A stretch of 63,500 nucleotides of DNA, counting the filler, from Hausera hauseri (lineage: Eukaryota), in assembly GCA_046269625.1 (NCBI GenBank). It is 13 parts of 13 records of this genome, joined end to end, with 100 filler letters (N's around TTAATTAATTAA, not from the genome) between each part and the next. Parts side by side here need not be neighbours in the genome. Positions count along the whole stretch, not along the records: positions 34,082 to 38,976 come from JBJURY010400257.1; positions 39,077 to 45,532 come from JBJURY010099320.1; positions 45,633 to 49,761 come from JBJURY010743209.1; 10 more parts are not named here. One strand, 5' to 3'. Made by a program: the position numbers and the translations under genes. The notes beneath the pieces were generated by a model, which saw nothing but the letters and a program-made list of their open reading frames with translations, made no database searches and had not been told where the DNA came from. Of the stretch, positions 37,039-49,861 are shown one piece after another. Positions within the stretch are counted from its first letter, which is position 1, and each line of letters begins with the position of its first letter.

Positions 37039-38060
37039 CAGTAGGACCCCGCTTAACGCGTAGGATACGTTCCATCAAAGTAGAGCGTAATGCAAAACAG
37101 CGCTAAATGAGGCTATCTTAACATGTAAATAATGGGGTTAGGGGAAGATGCATAGGAAATTGGTTATGTATTGAATTTAATAATTATGTTTTTTTTTAAT
37201 AAAAATTAAACTAAACATTTATTTCTTACAAAAATAAAAACAATATAAACGAATATACATATAAAAACAAATAAAATTATAAGTCAGTCAGATCATTCAG
37301 TCTATTCTGTGTTTCCAATTTTCTGCCTTTTTGTCAAGAAGGCATCTAATGTAGTTTGCGTTTTCCTTTTGCGTTCTGTTAGAAGTTGTTGATAAGTGGA
37401 TAAAGCATCTATAACACCCCGTCTTGCTTTTGAACTCCTGTCAAAATTTGGATCATTTTCAACAAATTGGTCCATAATTTCAGTTATAGTGGTCAAACTC
37501 CTTTTTACAAACGCCATCGAAAGTTCTTTTTGCTCTTCTTCGAAATCACTACTATCAATATTTTTGTTTTCTTCTTGCTCAGTTAATTCCTTGAGGTCAT
37601 CATTAGAAAGACTAGCTGATGTTTTTTAAACTATTTCTTTGACGTCTTCCACATTTACCTCATCTAAACCGCTTTGTTTCGCTAATTCCACTATTTCTTC
37701 CGCTATTTCATCCATATCGACAGAGTGTCCAATGTCTTCGCTCTTACTTAAATCTGGCCAAATGTTCTTCCATACTCCTTTCAAAGATCTTTCTGTTATC
37801 TCATTCCAAGAAAGGTTTATATTTGCTACAGCATTCATGATATTGTAGTTTTTCCAAAATTCTCTTATTGATTGCTTCTCTTCTCCGTCTGTTTTTTCAA
37901 ACATCTGCTTAAATGTTCGCCGCAAGTAATAAGCCTTAAAATTGGATACAACGCCTTGGTCCATTGATTGGATTAAGGTAGTTGTGTTAGGCGGCAAGAA
38001 AACCACTTCGACTGGAATGCATGTTGTTAAGTCTGATAAATTTTTTGGGTAGTAGTGCTC
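37039..38060 (-). mobile_element. Tigger/pogo transposon 3' part with TIR
   Basis: VVFLPPNTTTLIQSMDQGVVSNFKAYYLRRTF; C-terminal QTTLDAFL; TIR TA|CAGTAGGACCCCGCTTAACGCG at 37039. Confidence 0.88.
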
Positions 38061-39076
38061 TTTGTTCAAGTTTAACAGACGGGCAGAAGTGTTCAGTGAA
38101 CCAATCCTTGCAAGCATTTCTATATTGTTAATCGTCATAAAATTTTGTACTTGCATAACTAATTTTCATATCCTTTAAAACAACAAAATAACGATTTTAC
38201 CAATCTAGTTCATAGTGGAATGTAGAATTATATGTCAATGCAATGTAAGTCCTCCATATTTTGGAAGAAACTGAGTGAATTTAAAGCAGCATATTTATTT
38301 AATGAAATCTTATAAGGCTTTTTATGAAGTAGATAATCTAATTTTGGGAAGTTACATAAATTATCTTACAAAATATGACTGGAAATGGTATTTATTATTC
38401 CAATACTTGCTAAATATGTGCATTCCTATTACTCTATACATATAGTACTTTAAAATAATGAATTCGTGAAATTCTTGTCTCGCCATTCTTCAGATTTTCA
38501 TCTTCAGCACTGTGTGATTGTAGATACGAAATACTGATGACATTATATATGTGCATGAACATTTTAACGGTTGGAAATTGGTCAGGACAATGTTAGTTCC
38601 CTTATAATTAAAATTAAAAATAGTTTTGCTTATACATTAACATCCATCTTCATCAATTTTGAATAAGATTAGTGCGATATCTAAAATATAAGCAAAAAAT
38701 GAAGGACATCTCAAACGATGCCAACTCGTTTGTCATTAAAGTTGAGTTTAGTAAGAATACATCTCGCGACAAAATAACTGGCAAAAATATATTTAGTAGT
38801 GATGTTTTTTCCTGCATAAATAATAACGCAGATATAAAGCCATGATGTTACTACATTATCTACTGTCTGCGCTACAGTGTATGGAGGTCAAATGATATAT
38901 AAAAGAAACTACAGTAGGGTAAATTCATTTTCTCATGTTCAGTGGAGTGCAACAACCAAGAACGACTTCTCATACTNNNNNNNNNNNNNNNNNNNNNNNN
39001 NNNNNNNNNNNNNNNNNNNNTTAATTAATTAANNNNNNNNNNNNNNNNNNNNNNNNNNNNNNNNNNNNNNNNNNNN

Positions 39077-41594
39077 ACAGGAATCTGGTGGTATGCTTTG
39101 GCTAAATCGATTGTTGAATAAACTGTGGTAGAATTAAGCCGATGTAATAAATCTTTCATCAAGGGTAGTGGATACGCATCCATTATGGTCAAAGTATTAA
39201 GCTGGCGATAATTGCCGCATGGTCGGAAAGGTACATATTTCTTTGGACAATGCGGAGAGGCGAAGCCCATGGGGATTTAGATCTACGAACAATACCTGAT
39301 TTTTCGAGTTCGAAAAATTCCGCCTCTATTGCCTGCCTGCGACGAAGTGACAATGGACGAACCTTTTGTCGAATTGGTCTTTGGTGGCGTGTAATTATAT
39401 GATGGTAAATGTCGTTTACAGGAATGAAATTCCGATCTTTTTGAAGTATATGAGAACAAGAAGTATTAATGAATTGTTGTAAGCTTACGGGTAGTTGCTG
39501 GAATATTGTGAGTGACGATGAAACACGGCTGCTGGCAGTACTTGGTGTATGTTGATTGATTGCTGGTGACGAATCGAGTGGAGTTTAAAGTAGAATGGGC
39601 GAGTCCGGGACCTTATTGGAGTAAGTGTAGTGGTTCAATGATTTTACTAAAGATACCAGATCGTGAATGTCGACACTAAGCTGTGACTGACTATCGACGT
39701 TGTCCTTTCGAAGCTTACGATGTAAAACGTAATAGTTAAGAGTATTAGTATGAGACATAGATCGTTTAAAAATTGATTGCCTGCTTAGAGTTGGCTGTGT
39801 TGTCGTCGGGGTGCTGTCTATTCCTCTGATACAGTCTTCAGGTGTATTTGATTTTATGCATTGTTGGTTACAATCGACTAGCAAGTTATAGTGAGACAGG
39901 AAATCAGAGCCAAGTATTGCCGTCTGGACGTTAGCGACTGTAAACGTCCAATAAAATGTTAAAGAAAATTTTGACAGAGTAAAAGATAATTTACAAGTTC
40001 CTACAATATGAAGTGGTTGACCGGAGGCGGTGTATAAAGGTTTTGTTTTAAATAAAGAATGCTGAACCGGAAAAGAAAGTGGTAGTAGTGAAATCGTTGC
40101 ACCGGTATCGTCGAGAAAGTCTATCGATTGAATGTTAGAAGTGGAGATAGCAGCTTTCACTGTAAAGACTGCAAAATAAGTGTGTTGGCAAGAGGAATTA
40201 GGTAAGTTGCCTTTGCCAGAATCTGCCGAGAATACTGGCGGTGAAATCAGTTTTTTTTTGCATTGGTGAGTTGGGACGGTTAATGTTAGAGAAACTGGAA
40301 CGTCTATCAGTGTGTAGTTATTGCTAGTTTTATAGTTACAGCCTGAAATACAATTCGGAACATTAGATCGAAATTTTGCATGATAGATGCAAACTATTTT
40401 ACCTGAGTGTAGATTCGACGAATAATATCTACACCCTAAACAGCATTTATTTGCTTTGTTATTGAATTGGTTATGGTAATAACATATAAATGACCGCTTT
40501 GGGGACGGTGTAAGATTTCTGGAAGGAGAACGTGTTTGATGAGGCGAGGGGAATTTCGTCGATGTAAAGAAAGGTCATTCAGCTTATCATTGATGGTGTT
40601 GATTGTGCGTTGTAGTGCCGCATTTTCGGCGCGTAATTGGTTCAATTGGTGCTCGGTGGATGTATTTCGTTGATTGTCATCGGTCGTAGTAGCGGCTGAT
40701 ATGATGGGTTGTGATTGTATTTGTAAGACTTTGTGTGCTTTATCGGCCAATGCAGCTAGTTTATCAAAAGCTGTAGCATCCTCAACAACAGTAAGTAAAG
40801 CCATAATTTGAATGAGTAAAGCTTAAGGAAATATCGGCGAAGTAGATCCTGATTGTGTTCCTTGGTGACACCCAAGGTACAAAAGTGGGCCAACGAGGTG
40901 CGCAAGAAATCACTCGGTTTTTGTGTACCCATTGCGTTTTCATTAAAAAGCGTTGTATTATCTAGTCAAATGGTGGTTCTGTCAGTTTTAATACAACATT
41001 GAACAATGGCGTATAATGATCAGGGTGTTGAAAGAAGTCCAGTAAGTTATAAATTGAGGCCTTTATGGAATTCGGTAGAAGGTAGAGTAGATTATGGGCT
41101 TTTGTTAACAAGTCTGTAATGCCGTTGGATTGTAGCCAAAGTTGATGGAAGTGGAGTCAGTCCTACTAGAATTTTCATATTCTGTAAAATACTCAGAGCA
41201 ATGTGAGGGTGTAACTGTAGGGTTTTTGTGAGGAAAGCTAGTGTCGATTGTAGGTGGTGGATGGTTTCATTTTGGATTGTAGAGAATGGATTTGGGTTTT
41301 GTGGTAACCTTATCTGTGATGTCACTGGTTGGTGAAGAAATCATACTGCCGCGGATTCTAGGGTGAATGTGGATACAGAGGTAGTATTGTGAGGATGTGA
41401 TGTGTGGGAGGTCAATTAGAATGAAACCATTGTAAGTCAAATAGAAATCATTGAAGGCGGTGGCTTTATGAATGAGATCATATAATTGTAATGTGTCGAT
41501 ACGTTGTGTAATATGTGCCGTATGTATTAATTTATTATTTACAAAACGGTGGATGGGAAATGACGCTGGTAAACAACAAGCTGGGTAGTGTGGT
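39077..41594 (-). mobile_element. Ty3/gypsy element 5' part (gag, protease, start of RT), same family as 30730-33981
   Basis: ALLTVVEDATAFDKLAALADKAH (cf. ALITVVEDSTALEKLAELDDKAY); FLDDTGATISLLP; ILGSDFLSHY; FRPCGNYRQLN…YPLP…IDLAKAYHQIP. Confidence 0.92.
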
Positions 41595-41599
41595 ATTTC

Positions 41600-42360
41600 C
41601 ACACATTTTATCAGGTTGATTCTGAGTAAGTGATAACTTTGTGTATCTTTGAATGGAATAACGGTCGATTTCTTTTTAACAAAGAAGTATTTACCACTGT
41701 ACAGTGACTCGCGTAATGCATTTCAGGATTCCGTACCTGGTTTGTAGATCGGTGGGAAATATGCACCTATGGAATTAAATACTTTTGTCAATGCCTGCAA
41801 ATGGTATCTCTTTCCAGAATAGGTTGGAGGAAATATTGGGAAAAAAGCTAAAAGAAGAAGTGAAGAGAATTTTGGAAAATTACGTTGAGTTAGTTTTCCT
41901 CCGCCTAGGAATAAAAGCCCAATGGGCATACAATACGTCATATAGACATCGTGATGAAGCGTATCTGTATCTCGAATTATTGATCAAACGCTTCGAGACA
42001 TTCGTAACCGCGTCAAATTACCGGTGTCGGATGCAATCATGTACGCCGCTAGATGGAGGGTGGATAAAGCCGAATCATAAGATTATTGGCCAATATTCTG
42101 CAATAATTCACAATCGTTTTTGATGGATAATAATTTCTCAATGTGCGAAAGAATAGTAGCAAGACCATCCTCATTATCCGTGCCAGCATATCGCATGGCC
42201 ATTACAAAACTTGGCCCCACTAGCAACGGAAGGTAACTCTCATTGGCCGTCAGACTATACTTTTCAGCAAAATCCGTCGGTCAGACTTGTCGAAAGGAGT
42301 CGAGATGCCCTTCGGGCAGTTCGGAAAAGTTGTCTTTAAACGTGTATTCCAATCTTTCCT
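41600..42360 (-). pseudogene. ANAPC1: Anaphase-promoting complex subunit 1 fragment (PC-repeat/C-terminal region), intronless
   Basis: MAMRYAGTDN…AYMIASDTGNL…IGLLFLGGGK…LLAFFPIFP…RYHLQAL matches recalled APC1 motifs GFRFAGS, MAGSGNL, LGLLFLGGG and RYHLQAL. Confidence 0.85.
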
Positions 42361-43130
42361 AAAGTTCCGAGAGAGAAAGATGAAAGCGTATATAATATAA
42401 AACGCTTGTAATTAGTATGGCAAAATGTACAATATCGTTATGAAAACCTGTCTTAAAGTACCCCTCGGAACTGATTTCAACGGTAAATATATAGCGTTGG
42501 ATTCCGTTCATTTCAAAATTTTCAAGCAATTTAGCAAGGGTTTTGAGTTCGGAAGTATTGTCCTTAGTAACAACGGGTCGATAAAAAATCAGGTATTGAA
42601 GTTTGAGAAGCAATATATCCGAAATGTCGAATAGCGACCCTTTTCCATTATCAATGAGCCATGTAAGGATGACGTCTGTAGATAACGGTTTAACGCTTTT
42701 CTTTGACGGTGGTCTCTCAAATCTCGGCAATGAGTATTTATCTCGACAACTGCATGTGTTGTTTAAGTTACGTGGCCACCGTTTCTTATCCAGTAATTCG
42801 AAAAGTTCTGTACACGGATAATCGGTAATCGAATCAAGACTACGAACGGTAAAATCGGTCGGAAAATCCTCTTACACCAACGTTATATAATATGCAATAT
42901 TGTATCTGACAATCTGGCATGGTAGCATTTTAATGAAGGGTTATGGATAAATATAGGCAATCCTCTAAATGTAAACGATTTATCTTTCTGTTTGGTTAGT
43001 GTTGGTGTTTATGACAAGAAATATGTCAATGGATAGGTTATCAGCTGATAATTAGGTAATTTTCCAGTTATTAGAATTCAAGTGAAAAATTGAAAAATGC
43101 GTTTCTCTCGGAAAATCATTGTGTAATTGA
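42359..43130 (-). pseudogene. Unidentified gene fragment, weakly ABCA-transporter extracellular-domain-like
   Basis: CSCRDKYSLP…STDVIL…ISDILL…KTGFHNDIVH loosely resembles the ABCA ECD2 pattern. Weak. Confidence 0.25.
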
Positions 43131-43159
43131 CCGATTTGGTACTTGGATACACAAGAACA

Positions 43160-43640
43160 TGCATGTCCATCGTTATACGTTACCTGATAAACAAAACAAT
43201 GGACCTTTGACGCACACGGAGTACATGTCGTATAATTATTTTGCCAAATTCCCTGTGGTCCGGGATCACGACGGCCACAAAACTGGCAAATCACACAATT
43301 TTGACATTTCCAACTTCCTTTTGGTACTTCGTTTAGGGGTGGTTCCAAACAAAATGTATAATAACTAATGTCAGAATTGTCACACAACAGCAGGAGATTT
43401 TCCTCGGCAGCTTGACCACATCCTTCACAGACTGTACAGTCTAGACAACGCCAGCCTTTTTCAATGTTAACTTCCAACAGTTTGTTAAATGCAGCACAGT
43501 ATGAATGGTAACACTGACTACACTGAACACCACAAAACAACGGTGCATTGACACCGTACGACCTGCTGGAAACACGCATGTCTTTATCCAACGCAAAAGA
43601 ATTGTCGGCGCGACAAATAACAACGGTTGTAGGATGCTCG
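43160..43640 (-). pseudogene. KMT2C: KMT2C/D (MLL3/4, trr/lpt-type) tandem PHD-finger fragment
   Basis: QCSQCYHSYC…KGWRCLDCTVCEGCG…LLLCD..DISY.TFCL.PPL..VPKG.WKC..CV.C..CG…WQNNYT.C.PCAS. Several Zn ligands are lost. Confidence 0.88.
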
Positions 43641-43806
43641 TCTTTTTTTGCATTTTTACATTCCACCTTCAGAGTGCGGTAGAGATGGTCATCAATCCAT
43701 TGCATAAATTTATACGTTGAAGAATTACAATCCATTATCCAGAAATCACGAGTTCTGAACGTGGGGCACTGATAATTGCCGTTACTCGTGCTGGCTGCTG
43801 CTGTCA

Positions 43807-44452
43807 TATATTTATTTGGTCCAGTAGTTTGGAAAAAATTGAATGGCAAAAATTGAAATCCAGCCTTAGTCATTTCCAACTGATAAATCATACCATTGTA
43901 ACTTCTCACGGCACAGCCATTATCAATTGTTACGATTCCAGGAGTAGTGAAATTTCTATCATTACAAACCGAACATGTTTTGAGAATGAGAATGGTATTC
44001 GGTGTTGACAAACTCCATTCAACACCAACAAATACCGTTTGATCTGAATTAAGTGCAAATGGTTTATTCATTTTACTTTGAGAGTTGTTATCAGTGTAGA
44101 AATTCATGGTCAAATTTGTTGGACTTAAATTATAACTAGGACGAGGCAAATGAGAACCAAGTCGATCATTTTGTGTATTGTTGAAAGGGGTAACCGTGTG
44201 ACAGCTTACTTGGATTGCTTTCGACGGTACAAGACTCAAGCGATCCGTTACGTAGAAGCGATTTAACCAACAAGTATATTGTATATATGTACCCATATCT
44301 GTATAATTGGGGCTACGAATAAAATCAAGCACAATATAAACAGGGTACGTTGCATTACTTGATATAATTGCTTTTGAACTACATTCCGGACTAATTGATA
44401 CAAGACTTGAATTAATATATGGAACGGTATAAAGATGCCAATAAATACCCAT
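43807..44452 (-). pseudogene. Zona pellucida (ZP)-domain protein fragment, in frame with the PHD fragment in ORF 43052-44452
   Basis: LTMNFYTD…DQTVFVGVEW…LILKTC…IDNGC…FQFLPFNF is a typical ZP-C pattern. Confidence 0.7.
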
Positions 44453-45632
44453 CGATATATTTGTGAAAATAACGGTTGGCGAAGTTTCTTCAATTTTTTG
44501 CTATTCGCCGCATTTTATCCAAACCAGATAATTTGTACATCGATTGATCGGACTAGTTATTTGCAGTTTGTACCATTGCAAGAGAGTTTAGCCGATGAAT
44601 TGCTTTTAGGATAATCGTTTGGTACAATTAACTGTGGATTCTTTACGTTTCCGCACGTCAGTCCACAATAATATGTGGCGATCGATTTCGTTAACGAAGA
44701 ATCATTGTTTCAAAAATGGATGAAATATCTGTTATATATGTCGTCCAAATTATTTCCAATAACAACACAACTCATTGGCGATTCTTTAATAACTGATATT
44801 CATAGTAACTCAAGTTTTTTTTGGAATTTTAAATCCAATATTTGCACATTCTGAAGCTTAATTTGATTCTTTAAATAGATAGTCATCCAAATGTGTAAGC
44901 AATGTAAATTAATTTTAGTTTCAATATTTGATTGAATATTAGTTAAAATGTTACGTAAAAAACAACTGCGGGGTTCCCCAAAGACAATAACCGAACTCAC
45001 CAGTATGATTCTGTATACGGAAGTCCAGCGAATCGATGCTTTTAATACCAAAGAATCTGCTCTAAAATACTTCTGACACCAATTGTTGTTTGTGAGAAGT
45101 ACACGTGTATAGGTCGCTGGTACTTCCAAGTAAATAAAGAAATTTAAATGCTCAAAAATTTTAACCAAGTTTTGTTGGTGCATTGAAACGTAACTTATCA
45201 AACTTCTATGCACCAACAACGTATTGTCATTTTGTTGAAATATGGCAACTTTGTAATTCATTATCACCAACGACGAGCTACTTTGTCCACCGTTTCCCAA
45301 TGTACCATTGAAAAGACAAAACGAATTAGTCAGTTTGATTTTTATTTTAACCATTTAATAATTGAAATCACTTTTGCTCTCAGTTATCGTGTGTTTAAAA
45401 CAATTATGTTAGATAGCATAGAATCAAGCAATATATAGAGTTCGGCCTTTATCTAGGAACCTTAGGCAGTTGTTTCGTAAACTAATTTCCATGTTGTTAA
45501 CTAGCATTATTAAAGATAAGAAAAATTACATGNNNNNNNNNNNNNNNNNNNNNNNNNNNNNNNNNNNNNNNNNNNNTTAATTAATTAANNNNNNNNNNNN
45601 NNNNNNNNNNNNNNNNNNNNNNNNNNNNNNNN

Positions 45633-46855
45633 TTATTCTTTTTCAAATTAATATACGTGATTTGTATATATTTTATTGTTGTTTGTACTGACTTTATACT
45701 TGGACCTAGTATATCGGGCTGTGGTATCTGTCTTTTATATTCAGGGTGTACATATTTGGAGACGGATGGTAATCTTACATCAAATGGGGTTTGATTTTCA
45801 TAAATTTTGTGGAATGTCGTGTTTATTTTCTGTTCTTTCTTAACATAAAGTATGGGATATATTTATTTAATAGTTTATCATCTGAATATGCTTCATTCTA
45901 TTCTAATAATTGTTGATCTTTCGTAAATGCTCATCACTTGTCTGTAATTTTTCATACGTTTGTGACAAATATGTGTTTGTTTTGCGAATATTATCTTTAT
46001 TCACAGCTTGAGTTCTTGTTTTATGCGTGATGTCGATTTTCGTTGAAGTTGGCTGTTCCTTCCCTTGCTGATCGAAATTTATTTTAGTAAAGTTCTACAT
46101 ATAGGCTACGTAGTATAGTTTTGTTGTTCAGGATTTTGCTGGACTAAGAATTGCTCGTTTAGTGTTTGTGACGTCTCTGGTTTCAACAGTGACTCGTGAG
46201 CTACGAATTTCCTTCCCGATATATGATGTCTGATTCTATGGTTGTATCTCCAGGCTTTTCCGCCACGTTATCATATTTTGATTTTCATTTTGGGTTTTTA
46301 TATAAAACATGTATTCCTGGGTCGAGGTGTTTAAATTCCGCCGATGTGTTATGGTATTGTAGATTTCTTTCTTTCATGAGTTTGACGTTTGAAATGACTT
46401 GATCGTGTACTTTTTCGAAATTATGGAATAGTATTTCATGTGCTTCTGTCCCATAATATATTCTTGATTGTTTTAATAAAATATTGTCCAACGGCAGTGT
46501 TGGTTCATGCCCAAAGATAATTTTATAGGGACTGAGTACTGTTGACGTTTGACATGTGGTTCGTAATGCTGACAAACAGAATGGTAAAAATATATCCCAG
46601 TTGTCGTGTGTATCATTGACATACATCTTCATAATCTCGTATAATGTTGTATGCGACACTTCATTTCCTCCGTTGCTTTGCGGGCGGTATACGCTTGTTT
46701 TCCTGTGTGTAATCCCATGTCTTTGACACATGTCCTCAATTTTCTTGTTTAGGAACTCCCCGCCGTTGTCGGTAAGGATTTCTTGTGGAATACTGAAAGT
46801 TGTGAAATATTTTCTGACGAGAGTGTTGGCTATATTTTCACTTTGTTTTTCAGTG
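45633..46855 (-). mobile_element. Gypsy-type integrase core with long C-terminal tail (different family)
   Basis: IPQEILTDNGGEF; TSVYRPQSNG.NE; WDIFLP…ALRT…SPY.IIFG. Confidence 0.8.
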
Positions 46856-46869
46856 GTACATTATGAACA

Positions 46870-47167
46870 TCACTTACATCATTTACATCTACTGGTGGTA
46901 AACCTTTAATCCCTCTATGTGAAGTATGGTTATAAGCACATTGATCCAAAGTACATTGATCCAAATTTTATTTCCTTGACTTGCTAAATATCGCGTCAGA
47001 CGATTTCGTAATGTTTTATTAAATTGTTCTACTAATGCAGCTTCGTATTGTGAAAATACCGAATAATGATTTATATCATATTTTTTCAAAACAGCTTTAA
47101 CTGCAGAATTGTAAAACTCTTTACCTAAATCTGTTTGAATATGTTGTGGTTGTTTTTTACAAAACAT
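46870..47167 (-). mobile_element. Polinton/Maverick-type integrase fragment
   Basis: PQHIQTDLGKEFYN…INHYSVFS…AALVEQFNKTL…GNKIWINVL. Confidence 0.75.
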
Positions 47168-48657
47168 TTACATTTCATTACATAAAATTACATCAAAATA
47201 GAAACCAATTTAATTTCAATGAAATAAAAATAAAAATCAGTTTAAAATAACGACACAACTGGAAAGGTAATTCAAGTCTAAATGTTTATGTTCAACATTA
47301 AATTAACTTGCAATCAATTTCAATCCAGATTATTTATTTTGTGCATCGACTTGAGATCGGATTGTTTATTTAATATGTCGACTCGAGATTATTGAACACA
47401 TGCTAAAATCATTGAAGTTTACTATGCCCATCAATGTCAAAATGCTTGTCACATACCTTTATGCAATTCGCTCTTGATTATCTTTAAACGTGAGAAAGAT
47501 TACATATCGAAGACCAGCAGATCGATAGAAGAAACTCCATCACTGGGTTTAAATGTGGAAAAAGAGGATATGTTGTCAAATTTTGTCAGAAAGTGGGAAA
47601 TGGGATCATTTCATCTATCATTTAATTTGTAAGGTCTTTAGTTCCGACTGAGAAATCCTACCTGCAGATGTTTTGTTCGAACAATAAAGTGCTTGATAAT
47701 GAAACAAATAGTAATTGTATTGGATGTGATTATAGGAATAAATGCAAATGCAATAATTAAAGGAATATGGGTCGATGGAAAACGAGCCACGTTTGGATAT
47801 AAAATGATATTCAAGTTTGTGCTAACGAAAATCATCAGCTTACAATAGAAGGCAAGAATTTCTCAGCAAAATTTGACGGGAAGTGTGCATAGGTTCGTTG
47901 TCTGACCGTGAAACTGGTTTTCAATGGTATAACTTCAAAGTAACAAAAGCGATGGAATTTAAAAAGGTTATCAATACAATTATTAATCTAACGGAATTTA
48001 AACATTGATCTAACTTTATGTTTGCTCTAATGAATGACTGGATATGTGCGTATTGGAGTATCGTATTTGTTTTCAATATAAGGAACAAAATATATTTTTT
48101 CTATCCATTTATCGATGATTACGGTTGAAAAAGCTCGATCTATATCGAAACATTTTGAAATTGTAGGAAAACACATGAAAACGTCGTCATCTGATTCTGA
48201 AGGATTAGTACATGCAAATTCAAGTGGATAGTACTTTATGGCGTTATCATACAGTGGTGATCAATGATAAATGTATGCAGTAACGGAAATGGGATTGAGA
48301 CTAAATATTACGCCAATGGTAATTGTTAGAGTTGAAATATGGGATAAAACGCGGAGTCTGTGAAACACCATCTATTTCAACATCCTGTTGTACATCAAAA
48401 CGGAGTTCTCCTTCGTCGAGTTGGTGATTTGGAATTCCGATGATTTCTTCGGATTGCATTGTTGCCATCTAGTCTAAATAAAAAGAAATCTACCGAGTTT
48501 ATTTGATAAAAAGAAACATTATTAATTCGTGTAATTTTATTTTGATTTTTTTGTTGGCGTTCATTTACGGAAAGGCCTTTTTTATAAAATTTGAAATGTG
48601 TTTTACGAAAGTTAATAATTAATATACAATTTAAATTTTATCAATCGAGTTTCCCTT

Positions 48658-49761
48658 TCACATTCTCCCACCAGGGCGAATGCCTGAGCCTAACATTTCT
48701 AACGTATCATTTGTAGTTTTCGGAACTTTTGTGAGTTGCTGTGGGTTTACGTCCGTCTGTTTGTTAAATTTCCGCAGCCATTCTATATTTCTGATCAACG
48801 TCGTACCATTATCTCTTTCTAACGTATAACGTCTGTCATGGCGTTTCTCTAATATTTTCATTGGGCCTTCGTATTTTTCTTCATTCTTTTTCCTATTTTC
48901 TTTCTTTACTAGTACCCAGTCTCCGATATTGAATTTGCGCACTGTGATGTTCTTGTTGGGGTATATCTTGGCATTTGACGTTCAGTGACTTTTCCCAAAA
49001 GTCTCGACGTGACGTTGGTGGGGGCACGTACCATTCTTTACTTATCTTCCTGCAAAAGACAACTTCTGCTGGGCTCCCCCCAATAGTGTTTTGTTCGGTA
49101 GAGTTAAACGCGAATTCTACTTCAGGGACTAGAAGAATCTCGTTGCTTTTCCGGCCATGCGCCAGCATAGCGCCGATGTATTCCATTATCGTTCTGAACT
49201 GCCTCTCGACCATTCCATTTGCTGAGTGTGGTAAAGACTTGAAAACTGGAGCGTCGTGTTGTGTCTCTTGGCAAATGTTTTCATACTTTCTGAAGTAAAC
49301 GTCTTCCCGCGGTCAAGGTATAGTATTCGGGGAGCAACGAATTTCATGATCCATTTCTCTTCTACTACTTCTAATGTTGTGGCCTCATCTTGCTTAGCGA
49401 CGGTTGTTAGTGATACGTGTTTGCTGAAATGGTCTACGATCGCTAGTATATATATCTGATTCCTGACTTGTGTATCTCTTCGATGAACTTTTCTCTTTGC
49501 ATGTTGGGTATCCATATTTTACCTTCGAGTGTAACGACCCGGTTGTCCTTGATTTTGTAGTTTGTATCCCTGTCATCAGCAATGTCTTCTTTGATACGGT
49601 GTATTTCGTCATCGTTCGTTTGCCAGATGAAGTCATCTAAATTTGAGAGTACAGACAGAAACTTTGTTTTTATTTTTCCTTTCTTTGCATTCGCGTGAGT
49701 CCACTTGCATTGGGCGCATTCGCTACATTCGTTCCGTAACACCGCATCCGCATTTCCGTGG
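48658..49761 (-). mobile_element. Gypsy-type integrase fragment (third family), internally deleted
   Basis: ILAIVDHFSK; LDRGKTF; SSLYH..ANGMVERQFRTI; SPAEVVF; FNIGDWVLVK…YEGP. A purine tract followed by TG at ~48662. Confidence 0.8.
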
Positions 49762-49861
49762 NNNNNNNNNNNNNNNNNNNNNNNNNNNNNNNNNNNNNNN
49801 NNNNNTTAATTAATTAANNNNNNNNNNNNNNNNNNNNNNNNNNNNNNNNNNNNNNNNNNNN

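Noticed and set aside
44800-45354. 184-aa ORF, faintly BBS9/PTHB1-like
   Set aside because: Similarity too weak to name; left as an unidentified co-oriented fragment.
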